A stretch of 32,000 bases of DNA from Pasteurella multocida (GCF_900187275.1 NZ_LT906458.1:1260001-1292000); one strand, 5' to 3'; shown: positions 10,102 through 20,681, numbered from the stretch's first letter. Numbers and translations are program-made. Notes: generated by a model from the letters alone, not told the origin.

Positions 10102-10272
10102 TTTTGTGAAGACAAGTCATCATAATTTCAAATACATAAAAGAAGAGATTTTGCCAAAAAGCATAAGAAACCTTGTGCTTAATTGGATTATCAGTTGAGA
10201 AAATCATGATTATATGAAACAATCGACAGATTATTTTATGATGAATTAAATAGATAGATTAAAGGAGCGCTA

Positions 10273-10869
10273 GTGATCGATTTCGATGGCTACCGTCCGA
10301 ATGTAGGTATTGTCATTTGCAATAGTAAAGGACAAGTACTTTGGGCTAAAAGATACGGACAAAATTCTTGGCAATTTCCTCAAGGCGGCATTAATGACAA
10401 TGAAAGCGCCGAGCAAGCCATGTATCGGGAATTGTTTGAAGAAGTTGGCTTATCGCCTAAAGATGTCAAAATATTATATATTTCAAAACATTGGTTACGT
10501 TATAAATTACCAAAACGTTTGTTACGTTACGACAGCAAACCCGTGTGTATCGGTCAAAAACAACGTTGGTTTCTATTGCAGCTGGTTTCCGATGAAAAAA
10601 ATATCAACATGCAATCCAGTAAATCACCTGAATTTGATGGTTGGCGCTGGGTCAGCTTCTGGTATCCTGTCCGCCAAGTCGTGTCTTTTAAAAAAGAAGT
10701 GTATCGTAAAGCAATGAAAGAATTTGCTTCAGTCCTCTTTGATGGGGCGAAAGAAAATCTTTTATCGAGCAAAAGCAATGAAAGTGATTTAAAGACACAT
10801 CACACAACAAAAAAATCCACATTTTTAACCAAGCACTCAAAAAAACATTTTCATAAATCAAGGGGTTGA
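10273..10869 (+). CDS. rppH: RNA pyrophosphohydrolase RppH (NudH)
   Basis: [17 protein letters not shown]... and Nudix box [26 protein letters not shown] start preceded by AAGGAG. Confidence 0.9.
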   Translation: MIDFDGYRPNVGIVICNSKGQVLWAKRYGQNSWQFPQGGINDNESAEQAMYRELFEEVGLSPKDVKILYISKHWLRYKLPKRLLRYDSKPVCIGQKQRWFLLQLVSDEKNINMQSSKSPEFDGWRWVSFWYPVRQVVSFKKEVYRKAMKEFASVLFDGAKENLLSSKSNESDLKTHHTTKKSTFLTKHSKKHFHKSRG

Positions 10870-10871
10870 GT

Positions 10872-11666
10872 ATGTTCACCTTTTTTCTTATATGCCTGGC
10901 GGTTGGTGCATTTGCAGGCTTTTTAGCCGGTCTTTTTGGCATCGGTGGCGGTCTTGTCATTGTACCTGTACTCGTTTATTTAATGCCTAAATACGTTGGT
11001 GTGCCGGAAGCGATGGTGATGGCTTGTGCGCTTGGCACGTCTTTTGCCACCATTGTGATTACCGGTTTTTCTTCTGCTCAACGCCATCATAAACTCGGTA
11101 ATGTTGTGTGGGATGTGGTCAAAGTGCTTGCCCCTGTTATCATGATCACAACTTTTATTTCGGGTTTCTTCATCAGCTATTTACCCAAAGACATTTCAGC
11201 AAGACTCTTTGCTTGTTTAGTGATCTATCTTGCTATCAAGATGTTTCTTTCCGTTAAACCTAAACCAGTCACTAAAGCGTTAACCAAAGCCTCAACCATC
11301 ATAGCTGGTATCCTTATTGGTATGGCATCTAGCGCGGCTGGAATTGGTGGCGGTGGTTTTATTGTTCCCTTCCTCAATTCAAGAGGCATTGATATGAAAA
11401 AAGCAATTGGTTCTTCTGCAGTGTGCGGGAGCTTATTGGCAATTGCGGGTATGCTAAGCTTTATGATTGCGGGTTGGAAAGTAGAAGGGCTGCCAGAATA
11501 TTCTATGGGCTATGTTTATTTACCTGCGTTAGTCGGCATTACGTTAACTTCTATTTTTACTTCAAAAATTGGTGCAACAGTCACTTCCATATTACCCGTG
11601 CCTATTCTTAAGAAAGCTTTTGCGCTTATGCTGCTTATCCTGGCTATCAACATGATTCTAAAATAA
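10872..11666 (+). CDS. TSUP / TauE-SafE family membrane transporter (YfcA-like)
   Basis: Eight predicted TM helices with repeated GIGGG motifs (GLFGIGGGLVIVP, AAGIGGGGFIVP). ATG 10872 lies just after the rppH stop. Confidence 0.8.
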   Translation: MFTFFLICLAVGAFAGFLAGLFGIGGGLVIVPVLVYLMPKYVGVPEAMVMACALGTSFATIVITGFSSAQRHHKLGNVVWDVVKVLAPVIMITTFISGFFISYLPKDISARLFACLVIYLAIKMFLSVKPKPVTKALTKASTIIAGILIGMASSAAGIGGGGFIVPFLNSRGIDMKKAIGSSAVCGSLLAIAGMLSFMIAGWKVEGLPEYSMGYVYLPALVGITLTSIFTSKIGATVTSILPVPILKKAFALMLLILAINMILK

Positions 11667-11675
11667 AGGAATTTT

Positions 11676-12479
11676 ATGCAATCGAGTTATTTTTCATTTC
11701 CACAATTTGATCCCGTCATTTTTGAAATCGGTCCTATCGGTTTACGTTGGTATGGCTTAATGTATCTGCTGGGGTTTCTCTTTGCCCGTTGGCTTGCGGT
11801 GAAACGTGCTAACCAAACAGGCAGTGGCTGGACAACAGACCAAGTGGATAGCCTGTTATTTAACGGTTTTATGGGCGTTTTTTTAGGTGGGCGCATTGGT
11901 TACGTGTTGTTTTATCAATTCGATTATTTCTTACAAGATCCTGCGTATTTATTCCGTGTTTGGGAAGGCGGTATGTCTTTCCATGGCGGCTTAATTGGTG
12001 TGATTTTAGCCATGTTAATCACGGCTAAAATACAAAAACGGGGTTTCTGGCAAACGGCGGATTTTGTGGCACCGTTGATTCCATTTGGCTTAGGTATGGG
12101 ACGCATCGGCAACTTTATCAATGACGAATTGTGGGGGCGTGTCACGGATGTGCCATGGGCAGTCTTATTCCCATCAGGCGGATATTTACCACGCCATCCA
12201 TCACAGCTATACGAAGCGGTATTAGAAGGCATTGTGCTATTCTTTATTCTGAATTGGTATATCAAAAAACCTCGACCAATCGGTGCAACCGCTGGTTTAT
12301 TCTTACTCGGTTACGGTATTTTCCGTTTTATCGTTGAGTTTTTCCGTGAGCCTGATGCCCAATTAGGCTTATATTTTGGTCAACACATCTCTATGGGACA
12401 AATTCTCTCCACACCAATGATTCTCATTGGTGCGGTAATCATGTTAGTGGCATATCAAAGTGCGGGTAAAAAAAGGTAA
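11676..12479 (+). CDS. lgt: Phosphatidylglycerol:prolipoprotein diacylglyceryl transferase
   Basis: [27 protein letters not shown]...[14 protein letters not shown]...HPSQLYE are Lgt signatures. Confidence 0.92.
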   Translation: MQSSYFSFPQFDPVIFEIGPIGLRWYGLMYLLGFLFARWLAVKRANQTGSGWTTDQVDSLLFNGFMGVFLGGRIGYVLFYQFDYFLQDPAYLFRVWEGGMSFHGGLIGVILAMLITAKIQKRGFWQTADFVAPLIPFGLGMGRIGNFINDELWGRVTDVPWAVLFPSGGYLPRHPSQLYEAVLEGIVLFFILNWYIKKPRPIGATAGLFLLGYGIFRFIVEFFREPDAQLGLYFGQHISMGQILSTPMILIGAVIMLVAYQSAGKKR

Positions 12480-12484
12480 ATTTT

Positions 12485-13336
12485 ATGAAACACTATTTAG
12501 AACTTTGCCAACGTATCGTTGATGAAGGTGTTTGGGTTGAAAATGAACGAACTGGAAAACGTTGTTTGACCGTGATTGATGCAGATCTCACCTACGATGT
12601 TGCCAATAACCAATTTCCGTTGATCACCACACGCAAAAGCTATTGGAAAGCGGCAATTGCAGAATTTTTAGGTTATATCCGTGGCTATGACAATGCGGCA
12701 GATTTCCGCAAACTCGGCACCAAAACCTGGGATGCCAATGCTAATGAAAACAGTGCATGGCTCAATAATCCGCACCGCAAAGGCACCGATGATATGGGAC
12801 GTGTTTATGGCGTACAAGGGCGTGCATGGCGCAAACCGAACGGTGAAACCGTCGATCAATTGCGCAAAATCGTCAATAATCTGCGCAACGGCATTGATGA
12901 CCGTGGTGAAATCATGACCTTCTTCAACCCCGGTGAATTTGAACTGGGTTGCCTACGTCCTTGCATGCACACCCACACCTTCTCATTACTCGGTGATACC
13001 CTCTATCTCACCAGTTATCAGCGTTCTTGTGATGTGCCGCTTGGCTTGAATTTCAACCAAATTCAAGTGTTCACCTTTCTTGCCTTGATGGCACAAATTA
13101 CGGGCAAAAAAGCGGGTAAGGCGTACCACAAAATCATCAATGCACACATTTATGAAGATCAACTTGATCTCATGAAAAATGTGCAATTAAAACGTGAACC
13201 CTTCCCGTTGCCACAATTGCACATTAACCCCGAGATTAAAACCCTCGAAGATTTAGAAACTTGGGTGACAATGGACGATTTTAAGGTCACGGGCTATCAA
13301 TGCCACGATGCCATTAAATATCCTTTCTCTGTGTAA
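12485..13336 (+). CDS. thyA: Thymidylate synthase (283-aa long form)
   Basis: [15 protein letters not shown]...RTG...[10 protein letters not shown]..., in the conserved lgt-thyA arrangement. Confidence 0.93.
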   Translation: MKHYLELCQRIVDEGVWVENERTGKRCLTVIDADLTYDVANNQFPLITTRKSYWKAAIAEFLGYIRGYDNAADFRKLGTKTWDANANENSAWLNNPHRKGTDDMGRVYGVQGRAWRKPNGETVDQLRKIVNNLRNGIDDRGEIMTFFNPGEFELGCLRPCMHTHTFSLLGDTLYLTSYQRSCDVPLGLNFNQIQVFTFLALMAQITGKKAGKAYHKIINAHIYEDQLDLMKNVQLKREPFPLPQLHINPEIKTLEDLETWVTMDDFKVTGYQCHDAIKYPFSV

Positions 13337-13350
13337 GAGGTCGCGTCAAG

Positions 13351-13851
13351 ATGCAATCTGACATGGATGAAAAATGGATGCGTCATGCATTACGCTTGGC
13401 TGATAAAGCAGAGCAATTAGGCGAGATTCCAGTGGGTGCTGTGTTAGTCGATGAGCAGGGGAATCTATTAGGTGAAGGGTGGAATTTATCCATCAGTGAA
13501 TCCGACCCCACTGCACATGCTGAAATTGTCGCATTACGTCAAGGCGGGCAACGCTTACAAAACTACCGCCTGCTCAACACCACGTTGTATGTCACCCTGG
13601 AACCCTGCACCATGTGTGCAGGGGCAATTTTACATAGCCGTATTAAACGTCTGGTGTTTGGTGCGACCGATTACAAAACAGGCGCCGTCGGTTCACGTTT
13701 TCATTTTTTTGATGACTATAAAATGAATCATGTGATAGAAATTACCGCTGGTGTATTGCAAGAAGAATGTAGCCAAAAAATCAGTGCCTTTTTCCAAAAA
13801 CGCCGAGAACAACAAAAAATCGCTAAACAAAAAAGCCAGCTTGAAACATAA
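13351..13851 (+). CDS. tadA: tRNA adenosine(34) deaminase
   Basis: CDA fold zinc motifs HAEIVALR and TLEPCTMCAGA. Confidence 0.9.
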   Translation: MQSDMDEKWMRHALRLADKAEQLGEIPVGAVLVDEQGNLLGEGWNLSISESDPTAHAEIVALRQGGQRLQNYRLLNTTLYVTLEPCTMCAGAILHSRIKRLVFGATDYKTGAVGSRFHFFDDYKMNHVIEITAGVLQEECSQKISAFFQKRREQQKIAKQKSQLET

Positions 13852-13936
13852 GGTGGCGAGTTTTGTTGAAAAGCATCAGCATATCATGCCTTCTTTTGGG
13901 TTTATTTCGCTGTCTTGCAAAACTTTTTTAAAATGT

Positions 13937-13945
13937 ACCGCACTT
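13937..13945 (-). repeat. Hin-type USS core
   Basis: ACCGCACTT in the tadA/pflA convergent spacer. Confidence 0.85.
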
Positions 13946-14013
13946 GCCGAGAATAAAGTCCTTCGCTGTAATTGGGCAAAGTGTATTCGTTTCAGATGAA
14001 ATTGTGTGTAAAT

Positions 14014-14038
14014 AAAAAAGAGCAGAAATATTCTGCTC
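14014..14038 (-). terminator. Rho-independent terminator downstream of pflA
   Basis: Minus strand GAGCAGAA-TAT-TTCTGCTC followed by TTTTTT. Confidence 0.8.
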
Positions 14039-14067
14039 CTCTTTCTTACATCGCCTAACAAGCTAAA

Positions 14068-14808
14068 TTAATATTTTACAATATGCCCATAACTTTCCAG
14101 AATCGATTTAATATGTTCTAAGGATTCTTTTGTTGGAGGATTGACCTCTTCCAGTTCATATTTTTCACCCATTGCTTCCCATTTGTGTGCGCCCAAACGG
14201 TGATAAGGCAATAATTCGACTTTCTCAATGTTTTTCATGTCTTTAATAAAGTGACCCAATAAATGAATATCTTCATCGGCATCGGTATAACCCGGTACGA
14301 CAACATAACGAATCCAAACAGGCTGATTACGTTTGGCTAGATATTGAGCAAACTCTAAAGTGCGCTTATTTGGTACACCGATTAAGTTTTGGTGAATTTT
14401 ATCATTCAGTTGTTTGAGATCGAGTAATACAAGATCCGTCACATCTAACAGCTCATCAATCACGTGATCATAATTACGCACAAAACCGTTGGTATCTAAA
14501 CAGGTATGAATCCCCTCTTTTTTACAAGCGCTAAACCAATCACGTACAAACTCTGCTTGCAATACCGCTTCGCCACCAGAGGCGGTAACGCCTCCACCAG
14601 ATGCGTTCATAAAGTGGCGATAAGTCACCACTTCTTTCATTAATTCCTCAACAGTAATTTCCTTGCCGGCGTGCAAATCCCACGTATCTCGATTGTGACA
14701 GTATTGGCAACGCATTAAGCAACCTTGCATAAATAAAATAAAACGAATACCGGGCCCATCAACAGTGCCACAGGATTCGTAAGAATGAATTCTTCCCACA
14801 ACAGCCAT
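14068..14808 (-). CDS. pflA: Pyruvate formate-lyase activating enzyme (radical SAM)
   Basis: [19 protein letters not shown] and the CX3CX2C cluster ([10 protein letters not shown]). Colinear with E. coli PflA. ATG 14808 follows AAGGA. Confidence 0.95.
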   Translation of the reverse strand: MAVVGRIHSYESCGTVDGPGIRFILFMQGCLMRCQYCHNRDTWDLHAGKEITVEELMKEVVTYRHFMNASGGGVTASGGEAVLQAEFVRDWFSACKKEGIHTCLDTNGFVRNYDHVIDELLDVTDLVLLDLKQLNDKIHQNLIGVPNKRTLEFAQYLAKRNQPVWIRYVVVPGYTDADEDIHLLGHFIKDMKNIEKVELLPYHRLGAHKWEAMGEKYELEEVNPPTKESLEHIKSILESYGHIVKY

Positions 14809-14898
14809 AATCAATCCTTAAACATTTTTTGCTTATTATAATCGAAATTTAGCCGTATTGTTGCGAATTATTCGACTATATTACATTGTCCTCACAAC

Positions 14899-14935
14899 AA
14901 AAAAATACTCGGCATTCGCTTAAATAAATGCCGAG
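14899..14935 (-). terminator. Rho-independent terminator downstream of the autotransporter gene
   Basis: Minus strand CTCGGCATT-loop-AATGCCGAG followed by a T7 run. Confidence 0.8.
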
Positions 14936-14971
14936 TGAGATACGGACTGCAGAAAAGTGTGCTGGCTTTTT

Positions 14972-17011
14972 TTAGAAGGTAAAACCAATGCCCGCTTGGA
15001 GTGTCGTGTTTGAAAGCGCATTTTTACGTCCTAGATCACGACGAAAAGCAAGATTTGCATGGAACCCACTGCTTATCGGTTTAAAGTGTAAACCCGCAAC
15101 AATATTTACCCACTGGTTATCTTGCGATGGCAAGACAGTCATAAAAGAACTCCCATTCAAACTCGCTTGGATGGTAGGTAAATCATTGTTCCATTCTTTT
15201 ACCCAACGTGTCGTGACATAAGGTTGCCAGCTTGCCGCCTGATAACGTAAATCAAAGCCAACACCACTTCTTACACTTTTTTCAGTACGTGCGGCAAATT
15301 GCATTTGTGTGATGCCACGGTTTTGCTCACCAAATCCAGCCACATCCGTTTTGGTTTTATTGAGATCCGCAATCAAAGCAATACCTAACGCCTTGAATTT
15401 CCATTCATAGCCGGCAAATAACCCCATGCTGAAACTTTCAGCCTCGGTTTCGGCTGACTGTTGGTGAGTCGAATGTCCAATATACGCCACTCTATCTGTT
15501 GTCAATGTTGTATTATTCACTTGGAGTGCACTTCCCAACCACCAATTATCTGCATCATAACGAAGTGCGGTGCTTAATACGCGATTTTGCGTATTGATAT
15601 TAATCAGCCCCTGTTGCACATCTTGTTTCTGCTGACTCGCAACAAGCGCTAATTGCCACTGAGGGTTAAATTGGACTTTAGCACCAACATGTAAACTATG
15701 CCCCCCTTTTTGTTTCTGATAAGCGGCTAATGTATCAATACTCTGTGCGCTTTGTTGCTGTAAACGATGACGATTACTTTCAGTACGAATAAAATCCAAT
15801 GCCAGCTCCGTTTGCTGCTGAACGATCTGAGTCAGAATCCCCATGTCCTTTGGCGTCTGTAATACATTAAGAATATAATCTGACATCGCTTTATGTGCAG
15901 TTGGTCCTGGGTGGAAACTGTCTGCAAATAAGCGTTGACTGGCAGCTGTTTGATCCTCAGGCTTACATGCCGGTTTAGCTGGGTCTGCGGTGCTCTCTTT
16001 ACAAACGACGGTTGTCGTATTCGTTAAACCATATTCTGCTGGACGGGTCATCATATCTTTTAATAATCCATCAGTGTCAATACGTACAATATTTCCACCC
16101 ACTTGGTTTAACGCTGACGTAATACTGGCATTTAAGAATGCGGTGGCTTGTGCCGCCTGTTCAACAATGGTTTTGTATTCTTTAATTAATGTCTCTGCAA
16201 TACCTTTGGCATTATAACCTGCAGCAGACAATGTCCACTGTGTAATAGTCCAACGACTGTTATAAAAATCTTCCGCTGCTTTTTCTAATGTTTGTACACG
16301 GTGTTTTTCAAATTCTTCCAAATTCTTGGTTGGTTGGACTAAAAGTTGTTCAGCCGCCGCTTTAAAATTGGCGACAAAATCCGATTGTTTGATTAAACCA
16401 TAGGATTTTGCTTGGATTTGTGCGCCGGCTGCTTCACCCAATTTATCGAAAAATTCAGGCGTATAAGTCACGTTTGGGATCGTAGGCGCGATGATCTGAT
16501 TAACACCAGCCTGTTGTAATGCTCCCCATTGCTGTGCCATCGTTTGTGCCATGGTTTTAATACTGGCTAACACGTAGGCTTGTTTCTCTTCAGGTGTTGT
16601 CTTCGTTACTGCTGTTGCTAATACTGTCGCCAAATCATTACCACCTGCCCATAGAATATGTAAAGCTTCTTTTTTGACTGGCGCATGTAAATACTCGTTG
16701 ATCTGCTTTTCTAGTGCTAAATGAGGTTGTTCTGCTGTTCTAGTATTATGTGCACCAACAATCACCCCACCGCTGTACGCGTAGTTCAAACCACCTTGTG
16801 TAGAAGGTATTAATTTTTTCCCAAATGCTTGAGCTAAATATTCATCATAAAGGTGATGATAGTTTCCATCAGCCTTTAAATAAGAGGCTTTCTTATTCCA
16901 ACCTGTTTGCCCCATATCACTTAAACTATCACCAAACACGACAACATCTTGTGCCAGAGCAGCCGAACTTAGTGAACAAAATAATGCGAATGAAAGTGTA
17001 TTAATTTTCAC
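14972..17011 (-). CDS. GDSL/SGNH esterase-lipase autotransporter (EstA/ApeE/McaP type)
   Basis: Signal peptide MKINTLSFALFCSLSSAALA|QD. SGNH blocks I VVVFGDSLSDMG, II NYAYSGG, III LWAGGNDL, V DSFHPGPTAH. C-terminal roughly 270-aa beta-barrel ending in GIGFTF. GTG 17011 lies 7 nt after AAGGA and is preferred over the TTG at 17026. Confidence 0.85.
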   Translation of the reverse strand: MKINTLSFALFCSLSSAALAQDVVVFGDSLSDMGQTGWNKKASYLKADGNYHHLYDEYLAQAFGKKLIPSTQGGLNYAYSGGVIVGAHNTRTAEQPHLALEKQINEYLHAPVKKEALHILWAGGNDLATVLATAVTKTTPEEKQAYVLASIKTMAQTMAQQWGALQQAGVNQIIAPTIPNVTYTPEFFDKLGEAAGAQIQAKSYGLIKQSDFVANFKAAAEQLLVQPTKNLEEFEKHRVQTLEKAAEDFYNSRWTITQWTLSAAGYNAKGIAETLIKEYKTIVEQAAQATAFLNASITSALNQVGGNIVRIDTDGLLKDMMTRPAEYGLTNTTTVVCKESTADPAKPACKPEDQTAASQRLFADSFHPGPTAHKAMSDYILNVLQTPKDMGILTQIVQQQTELALDFIRTESNRHRLQQQSAQSIDTLAAYQKQKGGHSLHVGAKVQFNPQWQLALVASQQKQDVQQGLININTQNRVLSTALRYDADNWWLGSALQVNNTTLTTDRVAYIGHSTHQQSAETEAESFSMGLFAGYEWKFKALGIALIADLNKTKTDVAGFGEQNRGITQMQFAARTEKSVRSGVGFDLRYQAASWQPYVTTRWVKEWNNDLPTIQASLNGSSFMTVLPSQDNQWVNIVAGLHFKPISSGFHANLAFRRDLGRKNALSNTTLQAGIGFTF
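15563..15571 (+). repeat. Hin-type USS core
   Basis: AAGTGCGGT inside the autotransporter gene. Confidence 0.85.
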
Positions 17012-17129
17012 AATAATGTCCTTCAATTATTCATCGTCAGTCAAAAATTTGCGTCATCATACGTTGATTATAGGAAGATACCTAGCCAGACCACTACTGG
17101 TATGAACAGAAGTCAATGTTTAATCACAT

Positions 17130-17160
17130 AAAAAAGCCTCTGTGCTTTCACACAGAGGCT
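17130..17160 (-). terminator. Rho-independent terminator downstream of pflB
   Basis: GCCTCTGTG-loop-CACAGAGGC flanked by A/T runs. Hairpin plus U-run on the minus strand. Confidence 0.85.
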
Positions 17161-17184
17161 TTTATGTCCATTCACCTACTCAAA

Positions 17185-19509
17185 TTACATCGCTTGAGTA
17201 AAGGTACGCGTAATCACGTCTTGTTGTTGTTCTTTGGTTAACGAGTTAAAGCGTACTGCATAACCCGAAACACGAATGGTTAATTGTGGATATTTCTCCG
17301 GATTTTCCATTGCATCTAACAACATTTCACGGTTCATGACGTTCACGTTTAAGTGTTGTCCGCCTTCAATCGTTGCTTCATGGTGGAAGTAACCGTCCAT
17401 TAGACCTGCAAGGTTACGTTTTTGTGCTTCGTAATCTTTACCTAAGGCATTTGGTACGATTGAGAAGGTATAAGAAATACCATCTTTCGCATAAGCAAAT
17501 GGCAATTTCGCAACAGAAGTTAACGATGCTACTGCACCTTTTTGGTCACGACCGTGCATTGGGTTCGCACCCGGTCCAAATGGTGCACCAGAACGACGAC
17601 CATCTGGGGTGTTACCTGTTTTCTTACCATAAACCACGTTAGATGTAATAGTAAGTACAGATTGTGTCGGTGTCGCATTACGATAAGTACCCAATTTTTG
17701 GATTTTCTTCATAAAGCGTTCAACTAAATCACAAGCGATTTCATCAACACGGTTATCGTTGTTACCGAATTGTGGATATTCGCCTTCAATTTCAAAGTCG
17801 ATTGCCACATCTTTTGCAATACCAACCACTTCACCCGCTTTATTTTTGATTTCGATATCACCACGAACTGGTTTCACTTTCGCATATTTAATGGCAGATA
17901 AAGAGTCCGCTGCGACAGAAAGCCCTGCGATACCACAAGCCATAGTACGGAATACATCACGATCATGAAGTGCCATTAGTGCGGCTTCATACGCGTATTT
18001 ATCGTGCATAAAGTGAATGATGTTCAATGCAGTAACATATTGTTTCGCTAACCAATCCATAAAGCTGTCTAAGCGCGTCATGACATCATCATAATCTAAG
18101 TATTCGCTGGTAATTGGATCGGTTTTCGGTCCTACTTGGTCACCTGATTTCTCATCCACACCGCCATTGATTGCGTATAACAAGGTTTTCGCTAAGTTGG
18201 CACGTGCACCGAAGAATTGCATCATTTTACCCACGATCATTGGCGATACACAGCATGCAATCGCATAGTCATCGTTTTGGAAGTCAGGACGCATTAAGTC
18301 ATCGTTTTCATACTGAACAGAAGACGTATCGATAGACACTTTTGCCGCATAACGTTTGAAACCTTCTGGTAATTTTTCAGACCAAAGAATCGTTAAGTTT
18401 GGCTCTGGTGACGGTCCCATCGTATAAAGGGTGTGTAAGATACGGAAGCTGTTTTTGGTTACTAAAGTACGACCATCTAAGCCCATACCCGCTAAGGTTT
18501 CCGTTGCCCACATTGGGTCGCCCGAGAATAATTGATCGTACTCTGGGGTACGTAAGAAACGCACCATACGTAATTTCATGACTAAGTGGTCAATTAATTC
18601 TTGTGCTTCTTGTTCTGTAATTTTGCCTGCTTTTAAATCACGCTCAATATAAATATCTAAGAAAGTCGATACACGACCAAATGACATGGCAGCACCGTTT
18701 TGTGATTTCACTGCAGCAAGATAAGCAAAGTAAGTCCATTGTACCGCTTCATGTGCGTTAGTCGCTGGACCCGAAATATCGTAACCGTAAGAGGCCGCCA
18801 TTTCTTTCATTTTGCCTAAAGCACGGTGTTGTTCCGCAATTTCTTCACGTAATTGAATCGTTGCTTGGATATCTTCGCCACGCTCTAGTTTGTCTTGTAA
18901 TGACGTAAATTGGTTAAATTTATCTTTCATTAAGAAGTCTGCACCATACAGAGCCATACGACGATAGTCACCAATAATACGACCACGACCATAAGCATCC
19001 GGAAGCCCTGTGATTACCCCAGATTTACGGCAACGTAAAATATCGGGTGTATAAACATCAAATACACCTTGGTTGTGGGTTTTACGGTATTCAGTAAAGA
19101 TTTGCTCGACTTCTGGTTTTAGTTCACGGCGATAAACTTTACAAGAACCTTTCACCATGTTGATACCACCAAACGGCATAATCGCACGTTTTAAAGGTGC
19201 ATCTGTTTGCAAGCCAACAATTTTCTCTAAGCTTTTATCAATATAACCCGGCGCATGTGAAGTGATTGTTGACGGCGTATCGCAATCAATGTCATACGGC
19301 TCGTGGGTTTTATTTTCCACTTTGATTTTTTCCATCACATCATTCCACAATTTTGTTGTGGCTTCTGTGGCATCGGCTAAGAAAGACTCATCCCCTTCAT
19401 AAGGTGTATAGTTTTTTTGAATAAAATCGCGTACATTCACTTCTGTTTGCCAGTCGCCACCGGTAAACCCTTCCCAAGCCTTTTGTTGAGTTTCATTTAA
19501 TTGACTCAT
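17185..19509 (-). CDS. pflB: Pyruvate formate-lyase (formate C-acetyltransferase)
   Basis: Colinear with E. coli PflB from MSQLNE... to the glycyl-radical motif [13 protein letters not shown]. Active-site ACCVSP is present. Confidence 0.97.
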   Translation of the reverse strand: MSQLNETQQKAWEGFTGGDWQTEVNVRDFIQKNYTPYEGDESFLADATEATTKLWNDVMEKIKVENKTHEPYDIDCDTPSTITSHAPGYIDKSLEKIVGLQTDAPLKRAIMPFGGINMVKGSCKVYRRELKPEVEQIFTEYRKTHNQGVFDVYTPDILRCRKSGVITGLPDAYGRGRIIGDYRRMALYGADFLMKDKFNQFTSLQDKLERGEDIQATIQLREEIAEQHRALGKMKEMAASYGYDISGPATNAHEAVQWTYFAYLAAVKSQNGAAMSFGRVSTFLDIYIERDLKAGKITEQEAQELIDHLVMKLRMVRFLRTPEYDQLFSGDPMWATETLAGMGLDGRTLVTKNSFRILHTLYTMGPSPEPNLTILWSEKLPEGFKRYAAKVSIDTSSVQYENDDLMRPDFQNDDYAIACCVSPMIVGKMMQFFGARANLAKTLLYAINGGVDEKSGDQVGPKTDPITSEYLDYDDVMTRLDSFMDWLAKQYVTALNIIHFMHDKYAYEAALMALHDRDVFRTMACGIAGLSVAADSLSAIKYAKVKPVRGDIEIKNKAGEVVGIAKDVAIDFEIEGEYPQFGNNDNRVDEIACDLVERFMKKIQKLGTYRNATPTQSVLTITSNVVYGKKTGNTPDGRRSGAPFGPGANPMHGRDQKGAVASLTSVAKLPFAYAKDGISYTFSIVPNALGKDYEAQKRNLAGLMDGYFHHEATIEGGQHLNVNVMNREMLLDAMENPEKYPQLTIRVSGYAVRFNSLTKEQQQDVITRTFTQAM

Positions 19510-19594
19510 ACTCAATACCTTCTATTAATTAATGAAAATAAATCTTGTCATCGCTTACATAAAAGTAACATTGTTACTTTTACACCTAAACTGC

Positions 19595-20446
19595 TTAATG
19601 TGGGCGGTTAATGTACCACTGTGTTAATGCGACACAGAGGGCGCCACCAACAATATTCCCTAAGGTCACGGGAATTAAATTTTTTACTACAAAATGATAC
19701 ATATCTAAATCAGCAAATTGCGCGGGATTTAAACTCACAGCTTGCCAAAATTCAGGGGAAGCAAAATGCGCGATCATCATCCCCATTGGGATCATAAACA
19801 TATTTGCCACACTATGCTCAAAGCCTGATGCCACAAACATCGAAATCGGCAAAATCATGATCACCGCTTTATCTAATAAGGTTTTGCCGGCATAAGTCAT
19901 CCATACCGCAATACACACCATAATGTTACAAAAAATACCCAATGCAAAGGCTTCTGTCCAAGTGTGATGAATTTTATGTTGGGCTGTTTTTAAAATGGTT
20001 AATCCCCATTGCCCGTTGGCAGCCATAATTTGCCCTGCAAACCAAGTAAGCAACACAATGAAAAGTGCGCCGACAAAGTTGCCTCCGTACACCACGAGCC
20101 AGTTGCGCAACATTTGGAAAGTAGAGATTCGACCACTGACTCGCGCAACTGCAGTCATCGTTGATGAAGTAAAGAGTTCAGAACCGCACACCACCACCAT
20201 AATCACCCCAAGGGAGAAAACAATACCACCGACTAATTTTGTGAGTCCCCATGGTGCATCACCATTACCGGTTTGTGTGGTTGCGTAGAAAACGAATGCA
20301 ATGGCAATAAATGCCCCTGCTGGAATAGCAGAAAAGAAAGAGTAGATTTGTTTTTTTGTGGCTTTATAAACACCGACATCTTCGCCAATCTGTGCCATCT
20401 TTGTGGGTGACACCATACAGGTTGACGTTGATTCTTCTGATTTCAT
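19595..20446 (-). CDS. focA: Formate channel FocA (FNT family)
   Basis: GVYKATK..., LFTS, FEHSVANMFMIP are FNT signatures. Lies upstream of pflB, as in enterobacteria. Confidence 0.92.
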   Translation of the reverse strand: MKSEESTSTCMVSPTKMAQIGEDVGVYKATKKQIYSFFSAIPAGAFIAIAFVFYATTQTGNGDAPWGLTKLVGGIVFSLGVIMVVVCGSELFTSSTMTAVARVSGRISTFQMLRNWLVVYGGNFVGALFIVLLTWFAGQIMAANGQWGLTILKTAQHKIHHTWTEAFALGIFCNIMVCIAVWMTYAGKTLLDKAVIMILPISMFVASGFEHSVANMFMIPMGMMIAHFASPEFWQAVSLNPAQFADLDMYHFVVKNLIPVTLGNIVGGALCVALTQWYINRPH

Positions 20447-20681
20447 CCTTAAATCCCCTTACATGAATATCGTATAATGCCTAATGACGATGAGTCACAT
20501 AAATCAATAATTTAAAAAAATTTTATTTTTTATAATTTTTGTTAATTATAGGGAGTTTTCGTGCAAAATAAAAGCGCTTTTTTGTTCAAAAAATACCCAA
20601 AGCCATTTTTTCTTACGCCAGATCAATTTATTGTTAAAATATTTTAATTTTCAACAAATTAACATTAATTTAAATAACTTA

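Noticed and set aside
9688-10272. Possible chromosomal replication origin (oriC), because of the two perfect DnaA boxes in an AT-rich spacer.
   Set aside because: The spacer contains only one GATC, and I see no AT-rich 13-mer-like repeat array. The boxes are about 245 bp apart rather than tightly clustered. The flanking genes (ampD, rppH) are not typical origin neighbours. A DARS-like or DnaA-regulated promoter explanation fits better.
13751-14061. ORFs of 82 aa (+) and 61 aa (-) in and near the tadA-pflA convergent spacer.
   Set aside because: Neither has an RBS or a recognisable motif. One overlaps the tadA 3' end out of frame and the other runs through the pflA terminator. The region is better explained as a 3' UTR/terminator region carrying a USS.
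15701-15711. Homopolymer tracts as potential phase-variation switches: C6T5 in the autotransporter gene and A7 at 9126-9132 in ampD.
   Set aside because: The tracts are shorter than those that typically mediate slipped-strand phase variation in Pasteurellaceae. No tetranucleotide or longer simple repeats were seen anywhere in the window.
17806-17862. Extra segment in PflB ([19 protein letters not shown]) compared with the E. coli sequence as I remember it.
   Set aside because: It is probably a lineage-typical surface loop, since Pasteurellaceae PflB proteins are somewhat longer than E. coli PflB. The comparison is from memory only and cannot be verified here.
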